Part shown: one piece after another, positions 24,671-25,451 of the stretch | Layout of the letters: each line of letters starts with the position of its first letter | Position numbering within the stretch: the first letter of the stretch is position 1 | Made by a program: the position numbers and the translations under genes | NCBI GenBank assembly: GCA_050246315.1 | Contig: JBFWWG010000024.1 | Coordinates: 1 to 25,451 of the forward strand | From: Nitrospiraceae bacterium | GTDB taxonomy: Bacteria; Nitrospirota; Nitrospiria; Nitrospirales; Nitrospiraceae | Length of the DNA: 25,451 nucleotides | Direction: 5' to 3' | Notes under the pieces: model-generated | The model's input: the letters and a program-made list of their open reading frames with translations, nothing else | Database searches by the model: none | Told to the model about the DNA's origin: nothing

Positions 24671-25300
24671 CTAAAAAATCATGACTGATGTCCCGACCTT
24701 CGCTGTCCTGTAGACGGTCCGAAGGTCCTCGTCGTTCAAACGGATGCATCCGTGCGTGACGTTCTTACCCAGCAACCGGGCATAAAGGGTGCCGTGAATG
24801 AAGTAACCTTGCCCGAATCCGAGCGCATATTCGCCCAGTACGCCCGGTTCGAGCCGTTCGGCCGGATTACGCGGGACCGCTAGTCCGGCCTCCACAAATG
24901 CCCAATCCGGCTTGACCCAGATCGGATTCAACAATTTTGATCGAATCGTAAAGATGCCACGAGGCGTGTCGAACACCCATTGGCTCTGGGGTTGAGCCGG
25001 CTTATCGAGAATTGTCCCGCTTCCGGTTGAAGCCACGGCGGTCAGCAGGATTTTGTGGCGTTGTTTGAAGTAGAGGAGGTTCCGAGCCGTGTCCACTACG
25101 ATATACGGGTCGGCGGGCGCTAGCTGGGCCAATTTTCTGGTGAGGAACGCCTGTCGAGATCGCAGCACTTCAAGGGGAGGCCCAGCACGGTTCAGATCAG
25201 AGAGGGGAATATTCGAGGGTACGAGATATGTGGATTGGGAGAATCCAACCCATGCGGCCACGGCGAAAAGGAAGAGCATCACCGTCGCTGCCTGCTTCAT
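24671..25300 (-). CDS. L,D-transpeptidase (YkuD/ErfK family)
   Basis: N-terminal signal/TM segment, YIVVDTARN, ASTG, DTPRGIF, NPIWVKPDW, YFIHGT...THGCIRL (catalytic His and Cys). Confidence 0.92.
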   Translation of the reverse strand: MKQAATVMLFLFAVAAWVGFSQSTYLVPSNIPLSDLNRAGPPLEVLRSRQAFLTRKLAQLAPADPYIVVDTARNLLYFKQRHKILLTAVASTGSGTILDKPAQPQSQWVFDTPRGIFTIRSKLLNPIWVKPDWAFVEAGLAVPRNPAERLEPGVLGEYALGFGQGYFIHGTLYARLLGKNVTHGCIRLNDEDLRTVYRTAKVGTSVMIF

Positions 25301-25325
25301 GGCCGGGACGCGCCCCTCTGGAGAC

Positions 25326-25451
25326 TAGTGTAGTGGTTCATGCTGTTCTTGTCTTATCCAAGGCGACTCTGGCCCGGTGCACTTTCGCCAGGATGTCCTG
25401 AGCGGATTTGGTCCAGACGAACGGTTTCGGAGCGGCATTGTGATGGCGGAG
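25326..25451 (-). mobile_element. IS630-family insertion sequence: right end and transposase C-terminus (CDS 25338 to >25451)
   Basis: Manual translation gives LRHHNAAPKPFVWTKSAQDILAKVHRARVALDKTRTA*; HN..PKPFVWTK...IL is typical of IS630 transposase C-termini. It is followed within ~10 nt by ...ACAC-TAG at a CTAG site (25325-25328), the usual IS630 TA target. Confidence 0.85.

Overview
Chromosomal window from a Nitrospira-type nitrite oxidizer. The assignment rests on the Tat-signal N-terminus MFLSRRQFLK...ALTALQPVIEVGNPLG at the left edge, which matches periplasmic NxrA. Order of features: 5' end of nxrA with an AT-rich sigma54-type upstream region; tRNA-Gly(GCC); a moxR / DUF58 / transglutaminase (TgpA-like) operon; a methyltransferase-like hypothetical gene divergent from a ChaN-family gene; a SWIM zinc-finger/coiled-coil gene; an unannotated 58-aa membrane protein; the tesA / ybbA-ybbP module; a zinc-ribbon PilZ gene flanked by two structured MITE-like elements; a DUF748/OmpA-like envelope protein; a pgl-glk-rpiA-M1 aminopeptidase operon, where the peptidase is interrupted by one in-frame TGA; an L,D-transpeptidase plus an apparently catalytically dead paralogue; and the 3' end of an IS630-family element at the right edge. 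The most notable observations are (i) two non-coding elements with different termini that share a ~68-bp module showing a compensatory base change and C-GAA-G triloop hairpins, (ii) the in-frame TGA in the aminopeptidase, (iii) the small membrane protein with its own promoter and RBS, (iv) the pseudo-L,D-transpeptidase, and (v) the nxrA promoter and leader architecture. All assignments come from reading motifs by eye; no searches were run.
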